A stretch of 64,000 nucleotides of DNA, from the NCBI GenBank assembly GCA_002496725.1, contig DALI01000049.1, positions 1,772 to 65,771 on the forward strand. Reading direction: 5' to 3'. Below, piece after piece: positions 28,395 to 37,887 of this stretch. The notes beneath the pieces are model-generated. The model was not told the DNA's origin. It ran no database searches and was given only the letters and a program-made list of their open reading frames with translations. The stretch is from Euryarchaeota archaeon UBA181. Its GTDB lineage: Archaea; Thermoplasmatota; Poseidoniia; Poseidoniales; Thalassarchaeaceae. Position 1 is the stretch's first letter. Each line of letters opens with the position of its first letter. Position numbers and translations under genes: made by a program.

Positions 28395-29147
28395 CTAGCG
28401 ATTAGAAGATAGTCGCCCAGAAGAGATAATCCACGACCCTCTTCCCCTTTCCCATGTTTTCTCACCTATCAAAATTGAACTACTCGACATTGCAGGTGAA
28501 TCCACAACTAGAGTCTCATATTCTCCCCCTTCTCCATCAGGGTTAAAACGATATTTGAGAGACGTTTCTATCAATTCCTCAATTTCCTCTGCCCCCAATT
28601 TCTTCCCTACCCAGCTACTATCAAGTCCGTCCGCAGATACCGATGAAAGCCTGACATCAAAACCGTGTCGGGGAAAACAGCGCATGTGTTCAACTGGATC
28701 ATGATGCCATAATGGTGAGAATGACTTGATCCCTAGTCGTGAACACATCCTATCTATTCTGGTCCTTTGATAGTCGGATCTTAGTGCTCCGGTTACCAAG
28801 GCATCTATTTCCAGTGCTTCTTCATGTAAGATTATTCCATTCTTATCCCAAGTTTCTGGCCAGAATGAGTTGAAGTCAGCCACTACATTAGTTTCGCCAG
28901 CAATCCCCCTCTGCAAGTCTTCCACCTCTTTCTCCTCTGCCCCTTCGGTAATAATTGGGAGCCAAGGTATGCCTGAAGAGGCGGATTGTAGTCCAGCAGC
29001 ACACACTCCTCCTGTTTGAAACATCATAGAGTCATCACCAGTTACACACAGGGTAACTAGTGCCTTTACATCCCATCCTCTCATTATGCACCACCATGTG
29101 GCGTAGGACGAGTCCTTTCCCCCCGAGCATAGTACCGCCACACGCAC
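28395..29147 (-). CDS. PP-loop ATP pyrophosphatase of the diphthine–ammonia ligase family (Dph6/MJ0570-like). The start is probably a GTG near 29147.
   Basis: PP-loop AVLCSGGKDSSYA near the N-terminus. In-frame GTG codons lie at 29147 and 29141. Divergent from psmA. Confidence 0.45.
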   Translation of the reverse strand: MRVAVLCSGGKDSSYATWWCIMRGWDVKALVTLCVTGDDSMMFQTGGVCAAGLQSASSGIPWLPIITEGAEEKEVEDLQRGIAGETNVVADFNSFWPETWDKNGIILHEEALEIDALVTGALRSDYQRTRIDRMCSRLGIKSFSPLWHHDPVEHMRCFPRHGFDVRLSSVSADGLDSSWVGKKLGAEEIEELIETSLKYRFNPDGEGGEYETLVVDSPAMSSSSILIGEKTWERGRGSWIISSGRLSSNR

Positions 29148-29246
29148 ATCTCTTCGTACGGACCTTTCCGCTTGAATGCAACGAAGGAAGACCCCCTTCC
29201 CAACCAACCTTGATAAGAGGCCGTTGGCGCATGGGTGTTGATTACG

Positions 29247-29954
29247 ATGCAACCGAGCGGACGCGGATACGATTCTTCAGTAGGAACTTTCTCACCAGAC
29301 GGACGACTTCACCAAGTCGAGTATGCCCGAGAGTCGGTCAAGAGAGGCTCAACAACAGTAGGGGTAAAATTCCGAGATGGAGTCATACTAATTGTCGCAA
29401 AAAGAATACCTAGCAAGTTGGTAATACCCGAGTCAATCGAGAAGATGTACAAGATTGATGATCACATAGGAATAACGACCTCGGGCCTCGTTGCTGATGC
29501 CAGGCAGTTAGTTGACAGAGCTAGGGTCCAGTGCCAGATTAACAAGATGACTTATGGGGACTCAATCGATGTCACCACTCTAGTGAAGAAGATGTGTGAC
29601 TATAAGCAGTCATTCACCCAATATGGAGGTGCAAGGCCATTCGGTACAGCATTACTCATTGCAGGCGTAGATTCGGAGGGGGCTCATCTCTACGAGACTG
29701 ATCCTTCAGGTGCGTATGGCTCGTACCAAGCAGGGGCCATTGGTAGTGGCCGCAGCGAAGTCATTTCTTACTTCGAAGAAAAATGGAAGCCAGGAATGAC
29801 AGAAAATGCGGCCATAAAGACCGGTTTAGAGGCACTTTCAGCTACTCTTGAAGATGGACTCTCCGATGAATCAGTGGAGATATGTGTGATTAATGAAGGC
29901 GGCTACAGGGAACTAGGCCCTGAAGATCTGCAGAAGCATATTTCCAAGCTTTAG
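29247..29954 (+). CDS. psmA: Proteasome alpha subunit.
   Basis: YDSSVGTFSPDGRLHQVEYA N-terminal signature. Confidence 0.9.
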   Translation: MQPSGRGYDSSVGTFSPDGRLHQVEYARESVKRGSTTVGVKFRDGVILIVAKRIPSKLVIPESIEKMYKIDDHIGITTSGLVADARQLVDRARVQCQINKMTYGDSIDVTTLVKKMCDYKQSFTQYGGARPFGTALLIAGVDSEGAHLYETDPSGAYGSYQAGAIGSGRSEVISYFEEKWKPGMTENAAIKTGLEALSATLEDGLSDESVEICVINEGGYRELGPEDLQKHISKL

Positions 29955-29978
29955 TGGCCTGCTTTCCACTATCTCCTT

Positions 29979-30692
29979 ATGCCCCTAGCATGTACGAGCT
30001 ACATGGTTAGCCTCGACGACGCGGTTATTGCGAGACTCGAGAAAGGTGGGTCAAGGTATGAGATTCTCGTTGATCCCGACCTCGTTGATGTATGGAAGGG
30101 CGATCCGTCATCAGTTGAGATGGACGACCTCCTAGCAGTAAGTGAGGTTTGGACAGATTCTCGTAATGGCGAGAGGCCAACTTCCGAAGCATTGCTTAGC
30201 GTGTTTGGCAGTAATGATATCCATCAGTGCGTCGATATCATACTTAGAAAAGGCTCAATACAACTTACTACGATACAGAGAAAGAAGATGGTACAAGAGA
30301 AAAAACTTCAGATAATAAATGAAATAGCTACAACTGCTACCGATCCAAAGACAAGGATGCCACATCCCAGGACTAGGATAGAGAATGCCCTGGAGGAAGC
30401 ACGTTTTTCTGTTGATCCATTCAAATCAGTTGAGAGTCAGGTTTCTGATGCCGTGAAGGTACTCAAACCACTAATTCCACTACAGTTTATCACAATAAGA
30501 CTTGCTTTCAAGATTCCCGGGGCATCATATGGTTCTGTGAATCAAATCCTTAGGGACCTAGTCAAACGTCAAGAATGGCTTACTGATGGTACATGGGCAT
30601 GTGTTGTTGAGGTCCCAGGAGGGATGAAGAATGAATTAATTAGCAAGGTTGCAAGTAGGGCCTCAGAGGCTGAAGTCAAGGAGCTTGACTGA
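29979..30692 (+). CDS. sdo1: Ribosome maturation protein SDO1/SBDS.
   Basis: SBDS-like N-terminal FYSH domain (RYEILVDPDLVDVWK). Length 237 aa. Sits at the conserved superoperon position after psmA. Confidence 0.75.
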   Translation: MPLACTSYMVSLDDAVIARLEKGGSRYEILVDPDLVDVWKGDPSSVEMDDLLAVSEVWTDSRNGERPTSEALLSVFGSNDIHQCVDIILRKGSIQLTTIQRKKMVQEKKLQIINEIATTATDPKTRMPHPRTRIENALEEARFSVDPFKSVESQVSDAVKVLKPLIPLQFITIRLAFKIPGASYGSVNQILRDLVKRQEWLTDGTWACVVEVPGGMKNELISKVASRASEAEVKELD

Positions 30693-30723
30693 CTCCCCAC
30701 CGAAGGTGTCGACATCAACGGTT

Positions 30724-31425
30724 ATGAATAGTAGGCCGGTCGGGCAGCTCGATAACATGAGTAATGAGAGCAACGCGGGCGGACCGCGAGACTCACGACG
30801 CACCCTCGTCGTCGTGCCAGGAGAAGACCTGGGAGTATCTGAGGGGATTGAAGCTGGTCACGGCGTTTTAGTTGTTGATGACAGAATCATATCGACGAAA
30901 CAAGGACGAATGAGTAGAAAGGGAAACACAATTTCTGTTGACCCCCTTCACACAAGATATATGCCTAGGCCAGGTGATTTGGTAATAGGCCATATTGAGG
31001 GATGCACTAACAATATCTGGTTCATAGACATAGGTGCCCCATTCAATTCAATTCTACCGATGAGCCTCGGTCCTGCCAAGGTCGAATTCGGCGGAACTAG
31101 GAAGGTTCTGGATATTGGTGACTCTATCCTTTGCAGGGTTCAAGAAGTTGAAGAAACCCATCAAAGCGTCGTTACGATGAAGGGAATGGGACTCAGGAAG
31201 ATTCGCTCAGGCGCACTAGACGAACTAGACCCCCACCTTCTTGGTAGGCTAATAGGCAAGGGAGGCGCGTTCCTCAGAGAGATGAAGATGGAAACTGATT
31301 GTAGAATCGTTGTCGCCGACAATGGCCGTCTATGGATAGATGGAGAGCTAAGTAACATATTAGAGGTCAGAAGGAGAATTAATAGTATATCTTCCGAGGC
31401 CAGAGTTGTAGGAGTTGATGCTTAA
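30724..31425 (+). CDS. rrp4: Exosome RNA-binding subunit Rrp4 (S1 and KH domains).
   Basis: S1 segment PGDLVIGHI...W.IDIG and KH segment LIGKGGAFLREM. The N-terminal 25 codons of the track ORF overlap sdo1 and were trimmed. Confidence 0.75.
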   Translation: MNSRPVGQLDNMSNESNAGGPRDSRRTLVVVPGEDLGVSEGIEAGHGVLVVDDRIISTKQGRMSRKGNTISVDPLHTRYMPRPGDLVIGHIEGCTNNIWFIDIGAPFNSILPMSLGPAKVEFGGTRKVLDIGDSILCRVQEVEETHQSVVTMKGMGLRKIRSGALDELDPHLLGRLIGKGGAFLREMKMETDCRIVVADNGRLWIDGELSNILEVRRRINSISSEARVVGVDA

Positions 31426-32141
31426 TGGGTGGATATGGAGATGTTAGGATGATTGATGAAAATGGGCTTAGGATGGATGGCAGAAAGCCAGGAGACGTCA
31501 GGCCCATAACAATAGAAACCGGAGTAGTTCCAGTGGCAGATGGATCATGTAGGATGGTTTGGGGAACCAATGAGGCCATAGTGGCAGTTTACGGTCCTAT
31601 GGAGGCACACCCAAGAAAGATTCAACGCCAAGACAGGGCAGTAATTGATGTCGCGTACAACATGGCCCCATTTTCGACCACTGATAGGATTAGACCAGGC
31701 TTCAATAGAAGAAGTAGAGAAATCAGTAAGGTCACAAAGGATGCTTTAGAGAGCGTAGTTCTTCTGGAACTATACCCCAGATCAAAGATTAGAGTCAGCA
31801 TTGAGATAGTTTCTGCAGAGGCTGGAACTAGATGTGTTGGTCTGACTGCGGCCTCGGTCGCACTAGCTGATGCAGGAATTCCAATGACTGATCTGATCGT
31901 CAGTGTCGCTAGTGGCAAGGTAAACGATGTGGTCGTTTGTGACTTGAACAAAGAGGAGGACAACTATGGGGAGGCAGATCTACCAATGGGAGTACTGCCT
32001 AATTCAGGAGAGCTAGTTTTCTTACAGATGGACGGAAACCTGTCCCCTGAAGAGTTCAAGCAAGCATGGGACTACAATGTGGATGCGGCCATGGAAGTTC
32101 ACAAACTGATGGTAAAAGCCCTCAAGGGGGGTGACAACTGA
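31425..32141 (+). CDS. rrp41: Exosome catalytic subunit Rrp41 (RNase PH fold).
   Basis: RMDGRKPGDVRPI and GSCRMVWGTNEAIVAVYGP. TAATG overlap with rrp4. Confidence 0.85.
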   Translation: MGGYGDVRMIDENGLRMDGRKPGDVRPITIETGVVPVADGSCRMVWGTNEAIVAVYGPMEAHPRKIQRQDRAVIDVAYNMAPFSTTDRIRPGFNRRSREISKVTKDALESVVLLELYPRSKIRVSIEIVSAEAGTRCVGLTAASVALADAGIPMTDLIVSVASGKVNDVVVCDLNKEEDNYGEADLPMGVLPNSGELVFLQMDGNLSPEEFKQAWDYNVDAAMEVHKLMVKALKGGDN

Positions 32142-32914
32142 TGTCCGCGCCAACAGTTCCCAACTTGCTACGAGCCCATCTTTCAGATCTAGCTCTAAAC
32201 GATGCTAGACTAGATGGTAGATCCAAATTCGAGGGAAGAGAACTAAAGCTAGAAACAGGGATTCTCCCAAGAGCCGAGGGTTCTGCCAAGGTTACTATGG
32301 GCGATACGATAGTATTGGCAGGAGTCAAATTTCAGCTTATGACTCCATACTCAGACAGGCCAAACCAAGGAGGACTGATGTGCTCTTGCGAGGTCAGACC
32401 CTTAGCAGGAAGGCACTGGGAAGCAGGACCACCTAGTCCTGAATCAATAGAGTTAGGGAGGGTCGTAGACCGTGGAATTAGGGAATCGGGTTGTATAGAT
32501 GTCGATGATTTGTGCATCATTCCAGGAGAGAAGGCTTGGCAGGTCATCCTTGACCTTCACGCTATCTCGGATGATGGGAACCTCTTCGATGCTTTTGCTT
32601 TAGCAGGAATCGCCGCCCTAAGGAGCGCGATAATTCCCGCCGAGAGGTTCGAAGTAGGGGAAGATATGCCTTTGAAAGTCTCCAAAAAGCCGATTATGTG
32701 CTCATACCATAAGGTCGGAGGAAGGTTCGTCTATGACGCTTCTTACAAAGAGGAACTAGGTGGGGATGAGAGAATTCACATAACCCTGGGTGACGACGAT
32801 CACGTCCATTCTCTCCAGAAGGGTCTAAAGGGAATCTTCACGGCAGACGAATTCGCTGAGATAATGGAGCACGCCAAAGTAAGATGTGCTGAACTTAGGA
32901 AAATTGTGGATTAA
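32141..32914 (+). CDS. rrp42: Exosome subunit Rrp42 (RNase PH-like, non-catalytic).
   Basis: RLDGRSKFEGRELKLETGIL. TGATG overlap with rrp41. Confidence 0.8.
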   Translation: MSAPTVPNLLRAHLSDLALNDARLDGRSKFEGRELKLETGILPRAEGSAKVTMGDTIVLAGVKFQLMTPYSDRPNQGGLMCSCEVRPLAGRHWEAGPPSPESIELGRVVDRGIRESGCIDVDDLCIIPGEKAWQVILDLHAISDDGNLFDAFALAGIAALRSAIIPAERFEVGEDMPLKVSKKPIMCSYHKVGGRFVYDASYKEELGGDERIHITLGDDDHVHSLQKGLKGIFTADEFAEIMEHAKVRCAELRKIVD

Positions 32915-32917
32915 TAG

Positions 32918-33295
32918 GTGATTGAAATGGCAAAAAGAACTCAGAAAGCTGGACTAACCGCTCGATTCGGTTCGAGATATGGAGTTAGCGTAAGAAGGCG
33001 AGCTGGATCAGCTCTCAAGAAGAAATCTAGACAGTATACCTGTCCATCATGTCAGTACCCTAAGGTAAGGAGGAAGTCCGCTGGAATTTGGGAATGCAGG
33101 AAATGCAATTATACATTCACTGGCGGAGTTTGGGAGCCGTTTACTAGGGCCTCCGATGCTAACAACAGAGTAGTTAGAAGATCAATGGAAGGTGCAACAG
33201 CAACTGACATGGCGGTTATAGCACAACAAGCCGCAATGGATTTTGAGAGAAAATTGGTGGAGGCAGACGAAGTTGCCGACTCAGAGGAAGAATGA
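32918..33295 (+). CDS. rpl37ae: Ribosomal protein L37Ae (eL43) with an acidic C-terminal extension.
   Basis: RFGSRYGVSVRRR and zinc ribbon CPSCQ...CRKCNYTFTGG. Confidence 0.8.
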   Translation: MIEMAKRTQKAGLTARFGSRYGVSVRRRAGSALKKKSRQYTCPSCQYPKVRRKSAGIWECRKCNYTFTGGVWEPFTRASDANNRVVRRSMEGATATDMAVIAQQAAMDFERKLVEADEVADSEEE

Positions 33296-33515
33296 GGATA
33301 AAATCTCAATCGATCTCGATTTTCCTCATGCGGACGCTGAGCATATAGCAAGCGGACTCCGGACAGAATCTGAATTCACAGAGCTTAATGGGATAATTTC
33401 CATTTCAATCTCCGCTACAAATTTCTCAGATCTAAGGGCGATATGGAATTCAACGATGAGGGGCTTGGTAGCTTCAGAGCAAGCTTTGAATGCTATCAAA
33501 GGGTCAAGTGAGTAG
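33243..33515 (+). CDS. pcc1: KEOPS subunit Pcc1-like small protein. The start is either ATG 33243 or TTG 33273; both overlap the rpl37ae 3' end.
   Basis: LRAIWNSTMRGLVASEQAL matches the Pcc1 LRAxxNSxLRxL helix. About 80–90 aa, at the Pcc1 slot of the archaeal exosome superoperon. Confidence 0.5.
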   Translation: MRENWWRQTKLPTQRKNEDKISIDLDFPHADAEHIASGLRTESEFTELNGIISISISATNFSDLRAIWNSTMRGLVASEQALNAIKGSSE

Positions 33516-33516
33516 T

Positions 33517-33840
33517 ATGAGTGGCAATGACGAAGTCGCTGAGGCCCTGAAAAGAGTAGCACAAGAGCTACAGGCAACGCTGTCCCAGATACAAAATGTA
33601 ACTACACAACTAAGCGAACTATCTATCACAATTGATGCACTTTCGTCTCAAGACCCTGGAAAACCAGTATACAGGGCCATAGGAAGCCTTCTTCTCGAAG
33701 TAGAAGATAGGGATTCCCTGAAGGATGATCTCGAGTCATCGATGAGGGCCTTTCAAGAACATATGGATAGACTTTCCTCCAAGGAGGGCGAACTACGTAG
33801 CAATTATGATGCTCTAGTCAGCGCCTATGAATCACAGTGA
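33517..33840 (+). CDS. pfdB: Prefoldin beta subunit.
   Basis: Coiled coil–beta hairpin–coiled coil pattern (QELQATLSQIQ...VYRAIGSLLLEVED...LRSNYDAL), about 107 aa. Confidence 0.7.
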   Translation: MSGNDEVAEALKRVAQELQATLSQIQNVTTQLSELSITIDALSSQDPGKPVYRAIGSLLLEVEDRDSLKDDLESSMRAFQEHMDRLSSKEGELRSNYDALVSAYESQ

Positions 33841-34676
33841 GAGGCATGACTGAATCATTCTCAGAAAAAAATAATCTCGGAGACGAGCTGAATTTAATGC
33901 TGGAATTGCTAGCAGTCGGTAAGGCAGAAGAAGCTAAGGTGATATCTCAAGAAATATTGGATAGATCCAGGTCCACCTCCGAGAGGAATCACGAGATAGA
34001 AGCTCGCGTCAGGGTTGAAAGAGCTTTGATTGGCGCCATCCCAGTCGAGACTATTGGGACTGAATTGAGATGGTGCGCGGATAGGCTGAATGCTATTTCA
34101 CCCGGCACCTCTTTACATGGCTTAGCACTATTGAATTTAGCTACATGGCATGCGAACAGGGGTGAGTCAATGATGGCTTTAGCTACTCATTCAGAAATAT
34201 CCATCAATAACGGACACCCTCTGGATATCAACTCTTTATCTCGATTAGAAGTTGGGAGGATACTATCCGCCATGAAAGATTACGGCCCTTCTATGAGGCA
34301 CCTATGGTCAGCTAGGAACGGATTCATTGAGCTTAAGATGTATCCCGAGGCAATATCCTCCTCACTAGAATGGCTCGATTTAGCTCTCGATGATGTTAGT
34401 TCGGATTCGCCAAACATGTCTTCGATATTAGAGAATGCCAAACCGCGCGCCGGGCCTGGCAATACCTATCTTTCCTCAAATCGAGATGATGTCAAATCCG
34501 TTGTTGAGTATCTGTTCCCACTACTAACCGAAGATCTATCTGGAATATCGAGAATTGATCTAGGGCTTATTCTGGAAGCCTCTGATAAATTAGACAGGGA
34601 AATTTGGAAGAACGCAATTTTAGCAAGGATTGATGAGATTCAAGATCCTAACATTTTGGAAGAGCTCCAATCATGA
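33837..34676 (+). CDS. Hypothetical all-alpha (TPR-like) protein.
   Basis: 279 aa with no recognisable motif. ATGA overlap with pfdB suggests co-transcription. Confidence 0.4.
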   Translation: MRGMTESFSEKNNLGDELNLMLELLAVGKAEEAKVISQEILDRSRSTSERNHEIEARVRVERALIGAIPVETIGTELRWCADRLNAISPGTSLHGLALLNLATWHANRGESMMALATHSEISINNGHPLDINSLSRLEVGRILSAMKDYGPSMRHLWSARNGFIELKMYPEAISSSLEWLDLALDDVSSDSPNMSSILENAKPRAGPGNTYLSSNRDDVKSVVEYLFPLLTEDLSGISRIDLGLILEASDKLDREIWKNAILARIDEIQDPNILEELQS

Positions 34677-35032
34677 CTCTTGATACGCTCTATCTCTTCT
34701 TCATCCCATGATAGCCTAGAGGGGACATCAATACACCATCCAACTTCCTCTATTGAGGAATCTTCGGATACCCATGGTTCCGGAACTGGTTCATCATTAA
34801 CTTCAACCAATACAACGACCCCATCTTTCACTAGCTTCGTTTCATATGAAATGGCGGTCCCAAGTAGGCCTGTTTCCTCGTATAGCTCCCTCAATGCGGC
34901 AACATCCCACTCCTCGTCTTTCATTACATTCCCTCCTGGTAGCTCCCAACCTCTCTCTCGATGCAAAACCATCACCCAAGGATTTCCAAGATCAGCTCCT
35001 TTACTAGAATAAACCCAACATACTACAAACAC
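34640..35032 (-). CDS. Nudix hydrolase.
   Basis: Nudix box GWELPGGNVMKDEEWDVAALRELYEETGL (Gx5Ex7REUxEExGU). Confidence 0.65.
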   Translation of the reverse strand: MFVVCWVYSSKGADLGNPWVMVLHRERGWELPGGNVMKDEEWDVAALRELYEETGLLGTAISYETKLVKDGVVVLVEVNDEPVPEPWVSEDSSIEEVGWCIDVPSRLSWDEEEIERIKSHDWSSSKMLGS

Positions 35033-36027
35033 TATTCTCCCTCCATTCTCCCACGTAGTCCTTCATGAATTTCCAACGCACCTTCGACGCCTTGGGTAGC
35101 CATCCTCCTGGACATAAAGAAAGCCTCAGAAACCCTACCACTGTTTATGAGCTCTTGGACTTCCAGCAAAGGGTCGTCTACAGATTCCCCCATCTCAGTT
35201 AATTCTGTATACTCTGGAGTAGCCATATCTTCCATCTTCCTAAGGAAGTCGACTCGTTGCTTCACCCCAGGAGATGTCCAAGCGGTCTTCTCGACTCCAT
35301 CGATTTCATTTTCCATCCTCACTTTAAACTCATCACGGACAGGATTAGATGGAAAGCATACTTGGGCTTGATCATAGCAAAGCCATGCATCACTATACTC
35401 CATTCTTCTCTCGTGCATTCTACCCAGAGAGGTCCAAGCCTCATGGTTAGAAGGCCTCTGAGCTAGAATTAACCTTGATAGCCTCAGGAATTGCTCTTCA
35501 TCTCCAGAATCCCTTATTCTTTCAATCCTTCTGGAGAAAAGAACATTCGCGCGCCTATCTCTAAGATCAAGCTTTCCAGCACGATCTAGGAAGTCTGCAA
35601 GTAGTGATTCTGAGACTGATACTAATTTCCACCAATGATCCGGATCTAGGGGGTCCGCATCCAATGAGGCATCTAGCAAAAGGGCGCCCGATGTAAGGAA
35701 GTCTATCCCGTCAAGTTGAATAAGATGCTCGGGCTTCCTTCCCAGGACGGCAAAAAGGTCTTCCAATGCCGATCTGATGCCTATTGTGTCCCCTAACAGT
35801 ACCTTCACCCTGACAAGATTCTTCCAGTTCTCAGGGTTTGTGAAATCGTACAGAACCGCCTGACGCGCGCTTTGCTCGCCCCACTCAAGATTAACGGATC
35901 TATCCGGGTCGACTACTCCATTGGCATCAAGTGCCAGGGAAACGTATTTCTCAGATTGGCTCCTGTGTCTATCTCCAAGACTTCTTCTTGGATGTTGCAG
36001 ACTATCTGAGATATCTAACTTCGACAT
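35032..36027 (-). CDS. Hypothetical helical protein.
   Basis: 331 aa. Shares a start/stop junction with the Nudix gene and lies 8 nt from the ubiD-like stop. Confidence 0.4.
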   Translation of the reverse strand: MSKLDISDSLQHPRRSLGDRHRSQSEKYVSLALDANGVVDPDRSVNLEWGEQSARQAVLYDFTNPENWKNLVRVKVLLGDTIGIRSALEDLFAVLGRKPEHLIQLDGIDFLTSGALLLDASLDADPLDPDHWWKLVSVSESLLADFLDRAGKLDLRDRRANVLFSRRIERIRDSGDEEQFLRLSRLILAQRPSNHEAWTSLGRMHERRMEYSDAWLCYDQAQVCFPSNPVRDEFKVRMENEIDGVEKTAWTSPGVKQRVDFLRKMEDMATPEYTELTEMGESVDDPLLEVQELINSGRVSEAFFMSRRMATQGVEGALEIHEGLRGRMEGE

Positions 36028-36034
36028 ATGGACA

Positions 36035-37348
36035 TCACAAAACCGACTCGTAAGGGGATCTATCTATGCCCGGGGTCAATGTTGCATCCATGCCAATCTT
36101 ACTGGTAATCCCATCTTCGCTACGACTTGGATCAAGACTCGAGCCCCTCTGTCCCGTCAAGATCATGGTATCCTTGTCAGGTTGCCATCTAGTCATCAGT
36201 GCCCACTCGACCCTTTTGGAATCAGAAATATCGATATCTGTGTCTACGACAACAACTTGCTTCATTGAGGGGTGCCCCTGAAAAGCCGCTTCTATAGCTA
36301 ACATACCGTCTCCTTCTTTCTTTGGTACTATCTGCACTACTGATGAAAGCCATCCACAACCACCATCGGTCATCTGCACGTCAACACATTCTACTACCTT
36401 GGAAACAGAATTCTTGATCGTTGGAGCCCTTGGCATCCCCATAAGAGTTCTATGCTCGATCCCAGTTGGAATAAGGGCATGGAATATTGGATCAATTCGA
36501 TGATTGACTTTCTCATATCTTATGACGTGCTCCTGCCTGATATCGTCTACCGTACCCGTGATATCCACGTAAGGCCCCTCATCATCCCTCTCAGTGGTTA
36601 TTTTGGCTTCCATGGCATATTCTGCGTCTGCCGGTACCATCACGCCATTAGGGAGTATTACCACCTTCAGAGGAGTTCCGTGTAGCTTTCTGTGTAGGGA
36701 CGAGGCGACTGTCAACTCATCCACATAATCCGAGAAAGACATAGCAGCTGCCAAAAGAACGGTTGGATCAGCACCATTCACTACGGCTATTGGAACGTCC
36801 TCCCCGGCTTCTGCAGCTTCTGCACTGATGGTCCTCAGATGCCTAGGGACAAGCCTAGCCACCGTATGCTCAGGATCTCTTAGTAACTGACGATGGAAAG
36901 ACACATTCCTGATTCCTGAATACTGAGCAACAATTATTGATGCCGATTGGTATCTACCTCCATCCTCTCTGAAATGCCAAGGAATTGGAATCTTCGTCAA
37001 ATCTACCTTTTCTTGACCCGACTGCATCACAGGAGCTTCAGACGCCTCTACAATCTCTGGCTCCGATGGATTTTCCATGGCCCATGCTAATACATCAATC
37101 AGGTCTCCAGGTGAGATATCAAACATTTCGCATAGCCTAGATTTTTCTAAAACATTCAGAGCGGCCCTATGGCCTGGTGCTTCATCTATCTCATCGAAAA
37201 TAAGTGGAACATCTCCTAGACGGTTAGAGGCATCTATCATGCCGTGCAATACACTAATTGTTTCCTTTACGTTCATGACGTCTCCAAGCATGTCCCGGAA
37301 GGCCATATCAGGGGGCGGAGTCAATACATGCTTGAATGTTAGTGACAT
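36035..37348 (-). CDS. UbiD-family prFMN-dependent (de)carboxylase. Candidate functions are anhydromevalonate-phosphate decarboxylase or a quinone-pathway decarboxylase.
   Basis: UbiD hallmarks KIPIPWHFREDGGRYQSASIIVA and ...E..DEGPYVDITGTVD. Length 437 aa. Confidence 0.75.
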   Translation of the reverse strand: MSLTFKHVLTPPPDMAFRDMLGDVMNVKETISVLHGMIDASNRLGDVPLIFDEIDEAPGHRAALNVLEKSRLCEMFDISPGDLIDVLAWAMENPSEPEIVEASEAPVMQSGQEKVDLTKIPIPWHFREDGGRYQSASIIVAQYSGIRNVSFHRQLLRDPEHTVARLVPRHLRTISAEAAEAGEDVPIAVVNGADPTVLLAAAMSFSDYVDELTVASSLHRKLHGTPLKVVILPNGVMVPADAEYAMEAKITTERDDEGPYVDITGTVDDIRQEHVIRYEKVNHRIDPIFHALIPTGIEHRTLMGMPRAPTIKNSVSKVVECVDVQMTDGGCGWLSSVVQIVPKKEGDGMLAIEAAFQGHPSMKQVVVVDTDIDISDSKRVEWALMTRWQPDKDTMILTGQRGSSLDPSRSEDGITSKIGMDATLTPGIDRSPYESVL

Positions 37349-37439
37349 TAACCCCCTCTAGCCCCTACTAAGCACAGGCTACCCCGTCACGCTCTTATAC
37401 CCCATGAGGGTCGGCGAGACGTCATTCTGAGGTGTCATT

Positions 37440-37880
37440 TTGGGTAGAGGTCTTTTCTCCGGACAGAAGATGAAGACCGATAGGAAGAGATATCGCTGGA
37501 AGGAGCGCAAGTTCAGAGACCGTCAATTCAAGCAGCAGAGGGGCGGCGTACTGAAGCACGACCCACTGGTGGGAAGTACTCAAGCTAAGGGAATAGTTAT
37601 AGAAAAAGTAGGTTTTGAGGCCAAACAGCCTAATTCTGGAATTCGTAAGGCAGTGAAGATAAGTCTGATAAAGACTGGAAATCAACTTACTGCCTTCGCT
37701 CCAGGGGATGGTGCTATTTCATTCATAGACGAGCATGACGAGGTCCTCGTAGAGGGCATCGGAGGAAGCAAAGGTAGGTCATATGGTGATCTTCCGGGTG
37801 TCAGATACAAGGTTATCAAGGTAAACGGCGTTTCACTTGATGAAATGGTCAGAGGACGCAAGGAAAAGCCAATCAGGTAG
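37440..37880 (+). CDS. rps12: Ribosomal protein S12 (uS12).
   Basis: [30 protein letters not shown]. Confidence 0.9.
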   Translation: MGRGLFSGQKMKTDRKRYRWKERKFRDRQFKQQRGGVLKHDPLVGSTQAKGIVIEKVGFEAKQPNSGIRKAVKISLIKTGNQLTAFAPGDGAISFIDEHDEVLVEGIGGSKGRSYGDLPGVRYKVIKVNGVSLDEMVRGRKEKPIR

Positions 37881-37887
37881 TGTTGTG

